Positions 40,222 to 49,863 of a stretch of 64,000 nucleotides of DNA are shown here, one piece after another. How positions within the stretch are numbered: the stretch's first letter is position 1; each line of letters starts with the position of its first letter. The notes under the pieces are model-generated. The model did no database searches, was not told the origin of the DNA, and worked only from the letters and a program-made list of their open reading frames with translations. This stretch comes from Candidatus Hydrogenedentota bacterium (GTDB taxonomy: Bacteria; Hydrogenedentota; Hydrogenedentia; Hydrogenedentales; SLHB01). Both the position numbers and the translations under genes were made by a program. The stretch spans positions 1,600,001-1,664,000 of the forward strand of contig CAXXYE010000009.1 of assembly GCA_963674865.2 (NCBI GenBank). Reading direction: 5' to 3'.

Positions 40222-42798
40222 TCAGCCGGGCGTTTCGTCGTGGGGAGAACGGGCGCCCTGGGTGAATGGCGTGGCCTGTCCGTTGGCCTCGAGCTGGACA
40301 TTGTCCAGCCACACGACGCCGCGCTTGCGCCGAAGCCCGAGGCCCAAGGCAAGATCCTTGATCCCGAGCGGGAAGTCCTTGCCCGGCTGGATGGGTATGG
40401 TGTTGTCGTACCAGTCGCGCGATTCGGGGGCCCAAAGGATGGTTTTCCGGAACGGCTCGCCCGCGGCATCGCGGCCGACGAGGCCGATCCAAGCCATCCG
40501 GCTGTAAGGTATGTCACGCTGCTTCAACGCGAAGGAGAGCGTGTAGTCCAGATAGGGCGAGAGCGTCACCCCGCCCCGGTCCACCTCGATGGTTACATCA
40601 TCGAGGTGGGACGGCGCACCATTGCTCGGCTGCGCCCAGCACTCGATGACGAAGGAATTCGGGGCCGTGTCTTGTGGAACCTCTTCGCGCAGTGAGAGCG
40701 TCTGCCAGGATCCGCCGCCCGGGTGCCAGACGCCCGCCCGTCTTGTCTCGCCGTCAACTTCATACGCTAAAGTGAGCGCCAACTGATTGGGGGCGGCGGC
40801 CTGGCCTTGAGCCGATAGTGTGAGGGCGTTCCCGGGGAGGAGGGCAAGGGCGATGGGCTGCTTGACGCACACGGCGGCGCCGCCGGGCGATAGCGAGAGC
40901 GCGCGGCGCCCCTCGGAGGCCTCCTCAGAGCTTGTCACGTGCGGCCCCGATGCTTCGTCCGCCTGCCATCCTGAAGGGGTGTTGCCTTCCCACGCCTCGA
41001 AGCCGCCGTTCCTGAGCCGGTACTGCGATGGGATAAATGGAATGAGCATCTCCGCATAGTCGGTATCCGTGATCTCGAGCTGGAGCGCGCGCTCGCCGTC
41101 ATACACCCCCGGCCCGCCTACGAGTTGCATGGGGGGGCGAATAATGGCGGCGGCGCGTTCGCCCTCGAAGCCGCCCCACGGCGCCAGGTTGGCCGTGGGC
41201 GCGCCGAGCACGCCGACCTCCGTTTTACGGAAGGTGCGCCACTCCGTACCGGCGGCATCCAGCCGGTTTCGCAGGGCCTTCTCCATCGGCCGATCGCTTC
41301 TACGGACGATCCAGATGTTGGTGAAGGGAAACTCCCTGAATAGCCCGTTCATATTCTCAACCGTCGGAATCCCATACCGGAAGTTGAGTGATGAGAGTAT
41401 GGCGGGGCCGTTGGCCATGGCCCTGCGAAGATAGAAGTCCAGAGGGAACGCCAGGCCCGTCGCATCCTTCTCCGGGATTACTAAGGCCACCACGTCGCCG
41501 AAGGTGAGGCGCGGGCTCATGAAGCCCGCGACGCCCTTCCAGTCCCAAGGCCGGTAGTCTTCCGTGCTTGTGGCGAGATGATGGCGCATCTGGCCGTATA
41601 CCGGCGGCGATAGCACGGCCAGGATGAGCAAGACAACCGCGGCCTGTGTGGCAAGGCCCGCCCGTTTGCCGCCGAGCCAATGGGCCGCGACGGCGCCCAA
41701 GTCGGCAATGGCCCACGCCACCACGAGTGTGATCAAGGGAAGGGCGACAGAGAAATAGCGGTGCTCGAGAGAGTGTGTGACATGGATAAGGAATAGCGGG
41801 ATGGGGAGACAGACGACTGCGAAGAAGGCAAGGGCCGCGAAAGGAGGGCGCTTGAAGGCCAGGCGGGCCAGGCCCCAGATGGCCAAGGCGATGTAAAGGA
41901 TCAAGAGGTGGCCCGATCGAACCGGCACCAATTCCTCCACGAAACCGATGTATTCCTTCACGCCCAGCTTGTAGGCTTTTCCCTTCGCCGCTTTCGCGGG
42001 GGCCGGCGTTGGCGCGGCGGCATCCGCGCCCTGCTCCGCCGGCTCAGGGGTGGCTTGGGCACGCCACTGAGGTGTTTGGAGCAGCGAGAGCGGCAAGGAA
42101 CCTTGCAGCGCGCAGAGTGAGAGCACGCCGGAGAGGCCCACGGCAATGCAGAGGCATAGCGCCCCCATGCGGCGCAGCTTGTGTCGCCAGTCCGGAAATC
42201 CGCGAGATACGAGCAGCCAGAGGAAGACCCCTGCCGCCATCGCGGCGAGATAGAGCGCCAGGAAGAGGTGCGACAAGACGCCCACGCAGGCCGTCAGGGC
42301 GCAAAGTGCCCAATTCCAGAACCCGCCCCGCGTGGCGGCGCGATGCAGCAGCCACGCGATGAGCACGCCGAAGAGGATCATCAGCGTGTAATACCGCGCC
42401 TGCTGGCTGCGGTAAATGTGTACGTCGGAGGTGGCGAGGAACAGGGCAGCGATGAGCCCCGCGGCGCGGCCGTGGAGCGATTTCCCGGCGAAGTACATGG
42501 CGAGCACGCCGGCCACGCCCGCCAAAATACTGGGCAGGCGGATGGTGCTCTCCTGATCGCCGAAGGCCAGGGCGTAGTGCGTCAGCACGTAGTAAAGGGG
42601 ATACAACCCGCTCCGCATCACCTGCGGCAGGGGTTGCATCGACCTCTTGTAGGTGATGATCTCATCGGGCCAGAGCCCGCCCTGAATATGGCGTGTCCGG
42701 GCGACGACGGCAAAGGCGAGAATGATGATCAGAGCGATGGCCGCGGCAGCGCGTTGCCAGTCGCCGCGCGGCGGCCCAACTGAACCATTGTTGTCCAA
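40222..42798 (-). CDS. GT39/PMT-like membrane glycosyltransferase with C-terminal carbohydrate-binding-like domains
   Basis: 'LWPDE', 'PLYY', 'RLPSILAG', 'SQQARYY', many TMs, then 'GGFE' / 'NGGFE...GW' modules; start uncertain (TTG 42798 or ATG 42834). Confidence 0.8.
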   Translation of the reverse strand: MDNNGSVGPPRGDWQRAAAAIALIIILAFAVVARTRHIQGGLWPDEIITYKRSMQPLPQVMRSGLYPLYYVLTHYALAFGDQESTIRLPSILAGVAGVLAMYFAGKSLHGRAAGLIAALFLATSDVHIYRSQQARYYTLMILFGVLIAWLLHRAATRGGFWNWALCALTACVGVLSHLFLALYLAAMAAGVFLWLLVSRGFPDWRHKLRRMGALCLCIAVGLSGVLSLCALQGSLPLSLLQTPQWRAQATPEPAEQGADAAAPTPAPAKAAKGKAYKLGVKEYIGFVEELVPVRSGHLLILYIALAIWGLARLAFKRPPFAALAFFAVVCLPIPLFLIHVTHSLEHRYFSVALPLITLVVAWAIADLGAVAAHWLGGKRAGLATQAAVVLLILAVLSPPVYGQMRHHLATSTEDYRPWDWKGVAGFMSPRLTFGDVVALVIPEKDATGLAFPLDFYLRRAMANGPAILSSLNFRYGIPTVENMNGLFREFPFTNIWIVRRSDRPMEKALRNRLDAAGTEWRTFRKTEVGVLGAPTANLAPWGGFEGERAAAIIRPPMQLVGGPGVYDGERALQLEITDTDYAEMLIPFIPSQYRLRNGGFEAWEGNTPSGWQADEASGPHVTSSEEASEGRRALSLSPGGAAVCVKQPIALALLPGNALTLSAQGQAAAPNQLALTLAYEVDGETRRAGVWHPGGGSWQTLSLREEVPQDTAPNSFVIECWAQPSNGAPSHLDDVTIEVDRGGVTLSPYLDYTLSFALKQRDIPYSRMAWIGLVGRDAAGEPFRKTILWAPESRDWYDNTIPIQPGKDFPLGIKDLALGLGLRRKRGVVWLDNVQLEANGQATPFTQGARSPHDETPG

Positions 42799-43210
42799 GC
42801 ACACGTCCTCACTACCCCACAAGACGAGTGCCATTCTCCAGTTAAGCCAAGACGGTGTCAAACGCCCGGTGGCCTTGGGGCCTGCGTGATGGAAAGGGGT
42901 TTTGCGGCTTTTCATTGGTTTTGCGCGCATCTCTTGTAGACAGTTGTCTACAATCTCCGTTTTCCCTCGGAAACGCGGTGCTCGCAGGAACCGGCGACTT
43001 CGGCTTGAGGATGAAAATGCGCTCATTCCCGCAAGTGGCTATGGCCTATCCGGGGCCCCATCAAGAGCCCCGAGGCGGGCTGATAGCGCATGCTGGTGGG
43101 CGAGGGGACAACCCCTGGCTGCGGCACCTCGCCTGCACCATCTTCATCCCAAGCTGTCTCGGATGCGGCCCCTCGGTTGTTTCATGGCATGCGGGCACTC
43201 AGAACTCCGG

Positions 43211-43534
43211 CGCCCCGAACGGGGCGCTCGCGTGTAGCCGTGGGTGAGCGAAGCGAGCCCACGGACACAGGATCTTCCCATCACGAGCCCCGAAGGGGGC
43301 GATAGCGTCTCTGCTTCACAGTCAAATGTGCTCCTTCCGTGGCCTTCAGCAGCTTCATATCCGGCACCAAATCCGAAACCGAACTATCCGGCCGCCAGCG
43401 CAGTGAACTGCCATCCCAGGGTTGGCTCTCCTCTCAATCGCGGCCACCCCTTCGGGGCTCTCGTTAGGGTGGGCCGGTTTCCGTGGGCTCGCTTCGCTCA
43501 CCCACGGCTACATGCGGCCGGCCCCGTCGGGGCG
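43211..43534. repeat. Inverted pair of REP-like palindromic units (REPIN-like)
   Basis: 33-bp core 43233-43265 is the exact reverse complement of 43480-43512; flanking gccccga(a)gggg(c) mini-hairpins are also mirrored. Confidence 0.85.
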
Positions 43535-43754
43535 CGGGATTGTTGAGTTCTCGTGTCCCCGGATGAGCAGAGCGAATGCACGGAAACATGCGGACGCCAC
43601 GGCGGGGCATGCACACGCCACGCTGGCAGGAGTCGTATCCCCCAAGGATCCGCACATTTGGGCCAGACTTCTACCGGAGGGGGATCCCCTTGAGGACGCG
43701 GTGTTGCAAGGGAAAACCCCGGAAACTGACGCAGGCCCGGCAGGCCCGGCCTCG

Positions 43755-45371
43755 TCACCGGTGGCGGAACCAGTGGAGCGTTAGCGGCACCGTCGCGAAG
43801 GGGAGGAGAGGAGCGAGGGCGTAGATGATGGTGAAGGCGAGGATTTCGAGGCCTTCGGGATCGTCGTAGACAATGTAGAACATTGGGCCTATGAACAAGA
43901 TGACAATGGACGCCCATGCTGCGAAGAAAGCGGCGACGTTTCTCCTCGTGATTAGCCGGCGCCGCCAGAGTATTGCCACGAGTGTCGTCCACGTAGCCAG
44001 CAAGAGCAATGCGTAGGTGAGGATGAGGCGGAACTCGTGGTTTGGGTGAGTCTGTGAGAGACGGTATAGCTGTAATAGGGCCGGTTCAAGGGGGAGGGCT
44101 ACCAGGAGCAAGAGCTGCGGCACAAGCCAGATGAGGCTCCAGCAGAGCGCAATCCAAAGAACGAGGCTTGGCAAAGCCACATACGGGTGCAAAATAGACA
44201 TGATCTCGGGGCGGGGACGCTCCTTTTGCGAGCCAAGGAGCACGCAAGTCAACAGAATCCCAGCCATCAAGGCGATCACGCCGAAGGTGTAGGCAATTGC
44301 GGCAGCACCGGCCCTGAGGCGGGCAGCGCCCAGCCGCCGCGTCTTCAGGGGGCGTGTGAAAGTGAAGCTCGATAGGCCTGAAACGTGTTCACGATAGTCC
44401 ATCGCCGACAGCAGGAGTCCAAGGATGAGAGCGGCTAGAGCGGCGGCCACCGGCGCAATGACAAACATGTGTTCCTTATCAAACCAGTCTGCCGGATCGG
44501 CGAGGTCTTCTGTCGGGACAAGAGGCAATAGGAGAAGGACGAACAGGGCAAGGAAGATCCATGGGAGGCGCCGCGTGCGGGATTTGTAATCGTACCAAGC
44601 CTGTGCGTGGACGGGAGAGCGGAACGGCCGCTTCCGCCCGAAATCCAACAGGGGAAGGCCGGCCAGTCTTGTAGGCACCAGTCCGGCGCTCCCTCGACGA
44701 TCGGTGTGGATCCCGAGGAGAGCCACCCCGAAGGATATAAAGAGAACAAGTGGCAAGCAGAAGAGGGTGCCGGAGAGAGAAGTCGGCGCCCACCAAAGCG
44801 TTGGGAGGACGAGCAATATGGCCAAGATCCGCAAAGCGGGCGGGCACCACGCGATGGCCAGGAAGGCTGCGGCGCTCATGGCCGCCGCCGTCGGGGTAAA
44901 CAACATCTGCATCCGGAACAGATCGAAAGCAGCAACAGGTTGCCAGAGCGCAATTGGGTTATCGAAAGCGATATGGCCTGCCGCAAGGGCGAAGAGGCCG
45001 ACGAAGGCGAAAAAGGAGAGCAGTTTGGCTGAGAAGAGCGTGAATGCAAGCGTCGGTGTCCGCACCGGGAGCGCAAATAGCCTGGGCGGCACGCGAAACT
45101 GTAGGCTATGCGGGCCCTCTTTCCAAGTGAACGCGAGGCCCATGAAAACCATGGACGCCATCACCATGAACGCCCGCAGGAGCACGGCGTATGTATCGTC
45201 ACTTGCCGCCGTCAGCGGATCGAGGCGATCGAGCCATATCCACGCCAAAGGTACTGCCGCGAGGAGGGATATCAATAGGAACGGCCACCGGTTCTGCCGC
45301 CATTGCTCCCCGATGAGGGCGATCACGGCGCTGCGCGTCGAGCAATACTCCGGGTGTTCTGCTGGGGGCAT
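43755..45371 (-). CDS. Multi-pass membrane protein, putative ABC exporter permease (paralog 2)
   Basis: Many TMs, 'FTFTRPL', in an operon with an ABC ATPase; paralog of 45383-46966. Confidence 0.75.
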   Translation of the reverse strand: MPPAEHPEYCSTRSAVIALIGEQWRQNRWPFLLISLLAAVPLAWIWLDRLDPLTAASDDTYAVLLRAFMVMASMVFMGLAFTWKEGPHSLQFRVPPRLFALPVRTPTLAFTLFSAKLLSFFAFVGLFALAAGHIAFDNPIALWQPVAAFDLFRMQMLFTPTAAAMSAAAFLAIAWCPPALRILAILLVLPTLWWAPTSLSGTLFCLPLVLFISFGVALLGIHTDRRGSAGLVPTRLAGLPLLDFGRKRPFRSPVHAQAWYDYKSRTRRLPWIFLALFVLLLLPLVPTEDLADPADWFDKEHMFVIAPVAAALAALILGLLLSAMDYREHVSGLSSFTFTRPLKTRRLGAARLRAGAAAIAYTFGVIALMAGILLTCVLLGSQKERPRPEIMSILHPYVALPSLVLWIALCWSLIWLVPQLLLLVALPLEPALLQLYRLSQTHPNHEFRLILTYALLLLATWTTLVAILWRRRLITRRNVAAFFAAWASIVILFIGPMFYIVYDDPEGLEILAFTIIYALAPLLPFATVPLTLHWFRHR

Positions 45372-45382
45372 CCCGAGTTACC

Positions 45383-46966
45383 TCATCGGTGGCGGAACCA
45401 GTGGAGCGATAGCGGCACCGTTGCGAAGGGGAGAAGCGCAATCAGGGCAAAGATGGGGGTGAACACAGCAACGATCGTTTCTTCTGAGACTAGGTAACGC
45501 CTGTTGAGAAAGCCCACTCCCCAGAAACATGTGACGAAGAGCGCACTGCCTGCGAGCCAGGCCATAAGCAGAGGGATGACGGCGCGCCGTGTCAATAGAT
45601 GCCGCCGCGCAGCAAGCGTGAACGCCGTCGCTGTCAATAGCACCGTAACCAGCGCCCAAGGCACCAGCGCTCCCAGCAAGTACTCGGCAAGATTCAAGTG
45701 CTCAAGAATCCTGAACATAAGGAAGGCGGTGGGAGGGGCCAGAGTAGCTACCAGCGGGGCCGATAGCCAGAGAGAACTCCACGAGACAGCCGGGATAAAC
45801 AGGATGAGCATGGCGAGCATTGGAGGCTCTTGAAGCTCTCTCAGAAAGTGTCTCAGGGAATGACCATCACGAGTGATCAAGAAGGCAGCGCCGACGGCGC
45901 ACGTGCAAATGAGCAGGGCCAGCAGGTACGTGCGGAGAAGTGAGAAGCTGCCCGCCGTGAGCCGGGCGCGAGCCAAGCGGCGCGTCGCCAGGGGACGGGT
46001 GAGGGCGAATGTGCTCAGGCCCGAGACGTGGTCGCGACAATCCGCCGCGACGATCAGGAGTCCCAGGACCACAGTTGCTACCGCGGCCACCCCGGCTGTA
46101 CTCATGATGGATGTGTCCTCCATCCAGGATATGAGTTCATCCTTCCCATCCCAGGACGCCATGATCGATGCATGAAAGAGGATGAATAGGGCAAGAAAGG
46201 CCCAAGGAAGATGTCCCGTGCGAGTCTTGGTTTCGTACCAGGCCTGGGCGTGAGCCGGGGAGCGGAATGGCCGCTTCCGCCCGCCGCCGAGCGCGGCCCA
46301 TCCGGCGTAGAGGTGCGCCCACCGGCCTGAACGGTCCGCGCATACGCCCATGAGAGCGACGATGTAGGCCCCGAGAAGGACAGATACGGCGTAGATATAG
46401 ACGGACGCTGATCGCGTCACATCCGGCGCCCAACGGAGCGCAGGGAAGACAAGCAGTATGGCCAAGATCCGCAAACCGGGCGGACACCAGGCGATGGCCA
46501 GGAAAGCCGCGGCGGCCATGGCCACGCCTGTCGGTGTCAGCATGATGTCGACGTGAAAGTCATCAATTCCCTTCCAGAGCGCCGTGGCGTCGTCAAGGGC
46601 GACGCGGCCCGCGACAAGGGCGAATAGGCCGACAAAGGCGGCAACAGGCAGGAATTTGGCGAAAAACAGCGTAGTCGCAAGCGCCGGCGTCCTCACCGGG
46701 AGCGCCAACACGCGGGGCGGCACGCGGAATTGGAGGCTGTTTCGGCCTTCCTTCCAGGTGAACGCGAGGCCCGCAAACACCATCGACGCCATCAGCATGA
46801 AGAATTTGATGATTACGGTATATGTTCCCTCACTTGCCGCCGTCAGCGGATTGAGGCGGTCGAGCCATATCCAAGCCAAGAGCATTCCGGCGAGGAGACA
46901 CATCCGCAGAAATACCCACCGGTTCTGCCGCCATTGCTCCCAGATAAGCGTGAGGACTGGGCGCAT
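45383..46966 (-). CDS. Multi-pass membrane protein, putative ABC exporter permease (paralog 1)
   Basis: Shares 'EQWRQNRW', 'LQFRVPPR', 'RKRPFRSP', 'LHWFRHR' with paralog 2. Confidence 0.75.
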   Translation of the reverse strand: MRPVLTLIWEQWRQNRWVFLRMCLLAGMLLAWIWLDRLNPLTAASEGTYTVIIKFFMLMASMVFAGLAFTWKEGRNSLQFRVPPRVLALPVRTPALATTLFFAKFLPVAAFVGLFALVAGRVALDDATALWKGIDDFHVDIMLTPTGVAMAAAAFLAIAWCPPGLRILAILLVFPALRWAPDVTRSASVYIYAVSVLLGAYIVALMGVCADRSGRWAHLYAGWAALGGGRKRPFRSPAHAQAWYETKTRTGHLPWAFLALFILFHASIMASWDGKDELISWMEDTSIMSTAGVAAVATVVLGLLIVAADCRDHVSGLSTFALTRPLATRRLARARLTAGSFSLLRTYLLALLICTCAVGAAFLITRDGHSLRHFLRELQEPPMLAMLILFIPAVSWSSLWLSAPLVATLAPPTAFLMFRILEHLNLAEYLLGALVPWALVTVLLTATAFTLAARRHLLTRRAVIPLLMAWLAGSALFVTCFWGVGFLNRRYLVSEETIVAVFTPIFALIALLPFATVPLSLHWFRHR

Positions 46967-46969
46967 GAG

Positions 46970-47899
46970 CTAGGCCTCCCGGACTCGGGCCGGGCCGGCC
47001 TTGGCGCGGGCGATGAAGATCTCCTCGAGGGAGGGTGTAGCCTCTTCGAGGACCTCCGCCCCGCGTTGGGCAGCGGCTTCCTTCAGGGCCGCGGCCTGGC
47101 CATTGCACACCGTGGCCCATTCGGTACCCGCGCCCTCCCAGAATAGCGCGCCGGGGAGGTCGGGCGGCGTACGCTGCGGCTCGGGGAACCGGAGTGTGAC
47201 GCGGAGATGGCCCTGTTTGATATCATCGAGAGGCCCCTGCATTACAAGGCGGCCTGTGTGGATCATGGCGACGTGATCGGCCACGCGTTCGACCTCGTCG
47301 AGCAGGTGCGAGGAGAAGAGGACGGTGCGGCCTTCATCGGCGACGGTGCGGATGATGGCCGCGAGGATATCGCGGCGGACGATGGGATCGAGGCCGGAGG
47401 ATGGCTCGTCGAGGATGAGCAAATCGGGGCGATGGCCGAGGGCGGCGAGAAGGCCGGCCTGAGCGCGTTGGCCCCGGCTGAGGGTGCGGATCTTGGCGCC
47501 CGGGTCGAGGTCAAAGGTTGCGCGGAGGTGCTCCGCGTAGGCGTCGTCCCAGGCCGGATAGAACGCTTTGGTGTAGAGCATGAGTTCCCGGACGCGCATC
47601 CAGTTCGGCATATCGCGGTTTTCGGAAAGGTAGCCGATGCGCCCGAGCGTCTGCTCGGGTGCGGCGATGGGATCGAGGCCGAATACCTGGACGGAACCGG
47701 CCTGCGGTTTCAAGAGGCCGAGAAGGTGCTTGATGAGCGTCGTCTTGCCTGCGCCGTTCTCGCCGACGAGGCCGTAGACGAAGCCCCTCGGGACTTTGAG
47801 CGAGACGCCGTCGAGGGCGGTCTTCCTGCGGAAACGCCGGGTGAGCCCGTCGATGGCTACGGGTGAAGCCGAAGGTTGGGGATTAGCGTTGCTCGTCAT
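46970..47899 (-). CDS. ABC transporter ATP-binding protein (YtrB-like)
   Basis: 'GENGAGKTT', 'LSRGQ', 'LILDEPSSGLDP', 'SSH'; GAGGAGG RBS before 47899. Confidence 0.95.
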   Translation of the reverse strand: MTSNANPQPSASPVAIDGLTRRFRRKTALDGVSLKVPRGFVYGLVGENGAGKTTLIKHLLGLLKPQAGSVQVFGLDPIAAPEQTLGRIGYLSENRDMPNWMRVRELMLYTKAFYPAWDDAYAEHLRATFDLDPGAKIRTLSRGQRAQAGLLAALGHRPDLLILDEPSSGLDPIVRRDILAAIIRTVADEGRTVLFSSHLLDEVERVADHVAMIHTGRLVMQGPLDDIKQGHLRVTLRFPEPQRTPPDLPGALFWEGAGTEWATVCNGQAAALKEAAAQRGAEVLEEATPSLEEIFIARAKAGPARVREA

Positions 47900-48302
47900 G
47901 ATTATCCTCCTCGGGCGCGGTGAAGTCCGCGTGACGTTTCCGGACGAAAGCGATAACTCTTTCAAGAGGGAAATCGAGTTGGTTGGCCTCGGCGAGCAGG
48001 GCGTCGATGCGCTCGGTGAGGATGCGCTCGCGCTCGCTATCGGCCAGGGGGGAGCCGGCGTCGGCCACGTAAGTGCCCGCGCCCTGGCGTTTTGTGAGCA
48101 TGCCCGCGATTTCCAGTTCACGGTAGGCGCGCGCCACCGTGTTGGGATTGATGAGGAGTTGCTCGGCCAGCGTGCGGATGGGGGGGAGTTCATCGCCGGG
48201 GCGAAGACGGCGTGCCGCCACCAAGTATTTGACCTGGCTGACAATCTGCCGGTAGATAGGCTTACCGTCGTTTGGCGATACGTGGATTCGCATGATTTCC
48301 AC
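47883..48302 (-). CDS. GntR family (YtrA subfamily) transcriptional regulator
   Basis: 'PIYRQIV', 'LPPIRTLA...INPNTVARAYRELE', 'GAGTYV'; short C-terminal domain. Confidence 0.95.
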   Translation of the reverse strand: MEIMRIHVSPNDGKPIYRQIVSQVKYLVAARRLRPGDELPPIRTLAEQLLINPNTVARAYRELEIAGMLTKRQGAGTYVADAGSPLADSERERILTERIDALLAEANQLDFPLERVIAFVRKRHADFTAPEEDNHDEQR

Positions 48303-48317
48303 CTGACGCGCATCAAT

Positions 48318-48355
48318 TGTATTAAGACTTTAATACATTTTGCTGGGTTTGTCAA
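48318..48355 (-). promoter_or_regulatory. Sigma70 promoter with overlapping YtrA-type operator palindrome
   Basis: Minus-strand TTGACA(48355-48350)-N17-TAAAGT; palindrome TGTATTAA-gact-TTAATACA at 48318-48337. Confidence 0.85.
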
Positions 48356-49334
48356 GGGGGTTGGTTGCCCGGTGGCCGGGTTGCCTGTTTTGCCGCGCGT
48401 CCGGCGAGCGGCAGTGGTGAAGGCCCCTGTCTGAAAGGCTGACCGGGCGGTTGGCCTCCAAAGAAGTCGCCTCGGGGCACTTCGGAGTTGGCCTCGAATC
48501 CTTCATTTCACTTGAACCTGGGGCCGAACGCAGTGTGTTCCTCTCGGGAAGAACGGGGCTTTGCGGGCATTCCGCAGACTCGCGGGGGGCTGAAACAGGT
48601 TCCTTTGGCCTTGGCGGCGGGGCCTCGCGGTCGTCTGGTCCCCCGCCGCCCGCGTCATCCCGGCGCGGCGGCAGATTGGCATCCACCATGCGCCGAAACC
48701 GGCGATACTCGCCGGCAATCCGCAAGAACGCCTCCAGATAGGGATGGACTCTGTACCTTTCGCAGGTATAGGTGGAGGAAAAGGCCGAGGTCAGGTCGAT
48801 GAGCTTCTGTTGAGTCAGCGCCCGCGCCCCCCGCGACATCATCACCTGCAACAACGCCAAGGTGTGAACGAGATATCGATCCATCGGGTCCGGCGCGGAC
48901 GCTTGTCCATACCGTGCCATGCCGTCCGCCACGACCTCGTCATACTCCGCCTGCTCGTAGGGACACGTGAACACGACTGGGCGGCGGCCGTCCTTGGGCT
49001 GCGCCAGTTCCGCCACGTCATCGCCCCACAGCGGGCACGTTCGCCATAGCGGACAATGCTTGCCGCAGACCTGGAGCCGCCGCGAATACAAGCCGTGAAG
49101 GACGGCATTGCGATTGCCCTTCGGCGCGCCCGTCAACGCGAATCCCCCGTGGAACCGGCATCGCCCCGACGGATGATCCGACGTGAGCGTACACGGCGTG
49201 CCTGACATCGTCCGCGCCCCGCAGACGCGCCGTCCCAATTCTTCCTCGACCGCCTCCACCCGTACGAGCCACGCCTCATCCCACGAACCCGCGCACGGCG
49301 TCCCCAAGGCCGTATGTTTTCTGTCTTCATTCAT
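48330..49334 (-). CDS. HGGxSTG-domain-like protein
   Basis: 'CGARTMSGTPC...GRCRFHGGFALTGAPKGNRNAVLHGLYS', a further Cys cluster 'CGKHCPLWRTCP', low-complexity tail. Confidence 0.7.
   Translation of the reverse strand: MNEDRKHTALGTPCAGSWDEAWLVRVEAVEEELGRRVCGARTMSGTPCTLTSDHPSGRCRFHGGFALTGAPKGNRNAVLHGLYSRRLQVCGKHCPLWRTCPLWGDDVAELAQPKDGRRPVVFTCPYEQAEYDEVVADGMARYGQASAPDPMDRYLVHTLALLQVMMSRGARALTQQKLIDLTSAFSSTYTCERYRVHPYLEAFLRIAGEYRRFRRMVDANLPPRRDDAGGGGPDDREAPPPRPKEPVSAPRESAECPQSPVLPERNTLRSAPGSSEMKDSRPTPKCPEATSLEANRPVSLSDRGLHHCRSPDARQNRQPGHRATNPLDKPSKMY
48368..48401 (-). repeat. Partial copy of the dispersed 89-bp element
   Basis: cccggtggccgggttgcc-tgttt-tgccgcgcgtc matches the reverse complement of the 3' end of the element. 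Confidence 0.7.
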
Positions 49335-49863
49335 TATCCGCGACCCTGCATTCCTTATTCTCGTCCATGCCGTTGCCACGTGAGCCACCCGGGAGCATGT
49401 CTCCCTACCTATTCACCCACTGCGTTGCATCCATGCGCGCGTAAGCACCTGGGGGTGAATAACATGGCGCAAGCCAGCCGAGCCCAGGACGCGGCCCGGG
49501 AACAAGGGGTATTCGATTGGCGTAGATGCTAATAATGAGGCAGGGCCGTGGGGGCTTGGAAGTCCAGCAAAGGGTTCAGGCACCGTGAGAAGGATGAGGA
49601 GGGAAATGGCGGTGGCGAGAATCCTGGACTGGGAGAACCTCGACAGTTTGTTTTGAGGGTCATTTGGGGTTTGTGCCGGGGAGAGGGCCTTGGGCGTTGG
49701 TCGTCACACAGGGGCGCCGGGCTATGCCATCGGGAAGGTGGACGTTTCCCGATGCAGTCGCGCGGGAGCGCGACGTTCCCGGTTCGTCGGATATATTGTC
49801 GCGTTCCCGAAACGGAGTAATCAGGCAACACGTCACGGCTTGTGTCTCAAGATCGTGAGGAGT

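Noticed and set aside
49389..49863. ncRNA or small gene in the 475-bp intergenic gap
   Set aside because: Only isolated hairpins (for example tcgggaa...ttcccga) and ORFs without protein-like features.
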